IMG/VR virus record: IMGVR_UViG_3300017598_000095
Location: 1-5,296 of that record
Length of the DNA stretch: 5,296 nucleotides
From: a virus
Strand: one strand, 5' to 3'
In this document: piece by piece, positions 5,067-5,296 of the stretch
Numbering within the stretch: position 1 is the first letter of the stretch
How the letters are laid out: the number at the start of each line of letters is the position of its first letter
Translations under genes and position numbers: made by a program
Notes under the pieces: model-generated
Seen by the model: the letters and a program-made list of their open reading frames with translations, nothing else
Databases searched by the model: none
Told to the model about the DNA's origin: nothing

Positions 5067-5296
5067 ATGTACAGATATAAGAAAAGAGTAAAATCTTCAC
5101 TCGACGTCGAGAGAGAGTTGATGACAGGAGAAACAATTGAAACAAAAGTTGAACGCATAACAACTCAAAAAGAGCCAATTAAAGATGGGGCACCAGAAAT
5201 ATTCACACCAAGAAGTGAAGGAGTAAACGCAGCACATAACATAAGAACCGATAGGTTCGAAATAGCGGCGGAAGCAATGGATAAAGTGCATAAATC
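5067..5296 (+). CDS. 5' portion of the junction-spanning small-protein CDS. The full CDS runs 5067 -> 227 of the circle and encodes 111 aa.
   Basis: ATG 5067 lies 10 nt after the VP1 stop, and the frame stays open to the window end. It begins MYRYKKRVKSSLDVERELMTGETIETKVERITTQKEPIKDGAPEIFTPRSEGVNAAHNIRTDRFEIAAEAMDKVHK. An alternative in-frame ATG is at 5121. The ORF track misses it because it has no stop inside the window. Confidence 0.8.
   Translation, partial: MYRYKKRVKSSLDVERELMTGETIETKVERITTQKEPIKDGAPEIFTPRSEGVNAAHNIRTDRFEIAAEAMDKVHK
5176..5296. repeat. Terminal redundancy, right copy, identical to 1-121.
   Basis: Base-by-base comparison, 121/121 identical. Confidence 0.97.

Noticed and set aside
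572-5291. All fifteen minus-strand ORFs in the track (572-931, 1070-1492, 1201-1512, 1613-1855, 1921-2106, 2034-2243, 2629-2985, 2679-2861, 3001-3270, 3195-3548, 3762-3956, 4183-4398, 4552-4740, 4804-5178, 5097-5291).
   Set aside because: Each lies antisense to a well-supported + strand gene. Their translations are low-complexity Leu/Phe/Ser/Cys/Val text with no recognisable motifs. The minus strand is A-poor, so stop codons are rare and long ORFs arise by chance. Microviridae are transcribed from one strand only.
1-5296. Search for CRISPR arrays, rRNA or tRNA genes, an integrase or transposase, and long inverted terminal repeats.
   Set aside because: None was seen. The only long repeat is the direct terminal redundancy, which circularity explains.

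Overview
The window is one complete, circularly permuted ssDNA phage genome of the family Microviridae. Bases 1-121 are identical to 5176-5296, so the unit length is 5175 nt and the ends are an assembly over-read. All credible genes lie on the + strand. The order is major capsid VP1 (3059-5056), a 111-aa small protein that wraps the junction (5067 -> 227 and is absent from the ORF track), DNA pilot protein VP2 (327-1160), rolling-circle Rep VP4 (1170-2156), then about 900 nt (2144-3062) of very small ORFs and structured non-coding DNA leading back to VP1. From memory, the VP1 N-terminus, the gene order, the A-rich/T-poor coding strand and the lack of Shine-Dalgarno motifs resemble the Bacteroidota-associated Alpavirinae-like microviruses. 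This assignment was not checked by any search. No integrase, recognisable lysis enzyme, tRNA, rRNA or CRISPR array is visible. Five things deserve a second look. (1) Two near-identical A8-G6-loop-C6 hairpins bracket VP2, and the second is built inside the Rep gene from rare GGG/CCC codons. (2) Two tandem mini-ORFs (39 and 34 aa) encoding hydrophobic peptides sit just after Rep and are lysis or membrane candidates. (3) A sharp switch from an AT-rich block to a roughly 50% GC block with mutually exclusive hairpins may mark an origin or regulatory element. (4) An 80-aa basic protein carries a CxxC...HxxxxC pattern. (5) A 76-aa ORF is coupled to VP1 by an ATGA overlap. All minus-strand ORFs in the track look like compositional shadows.
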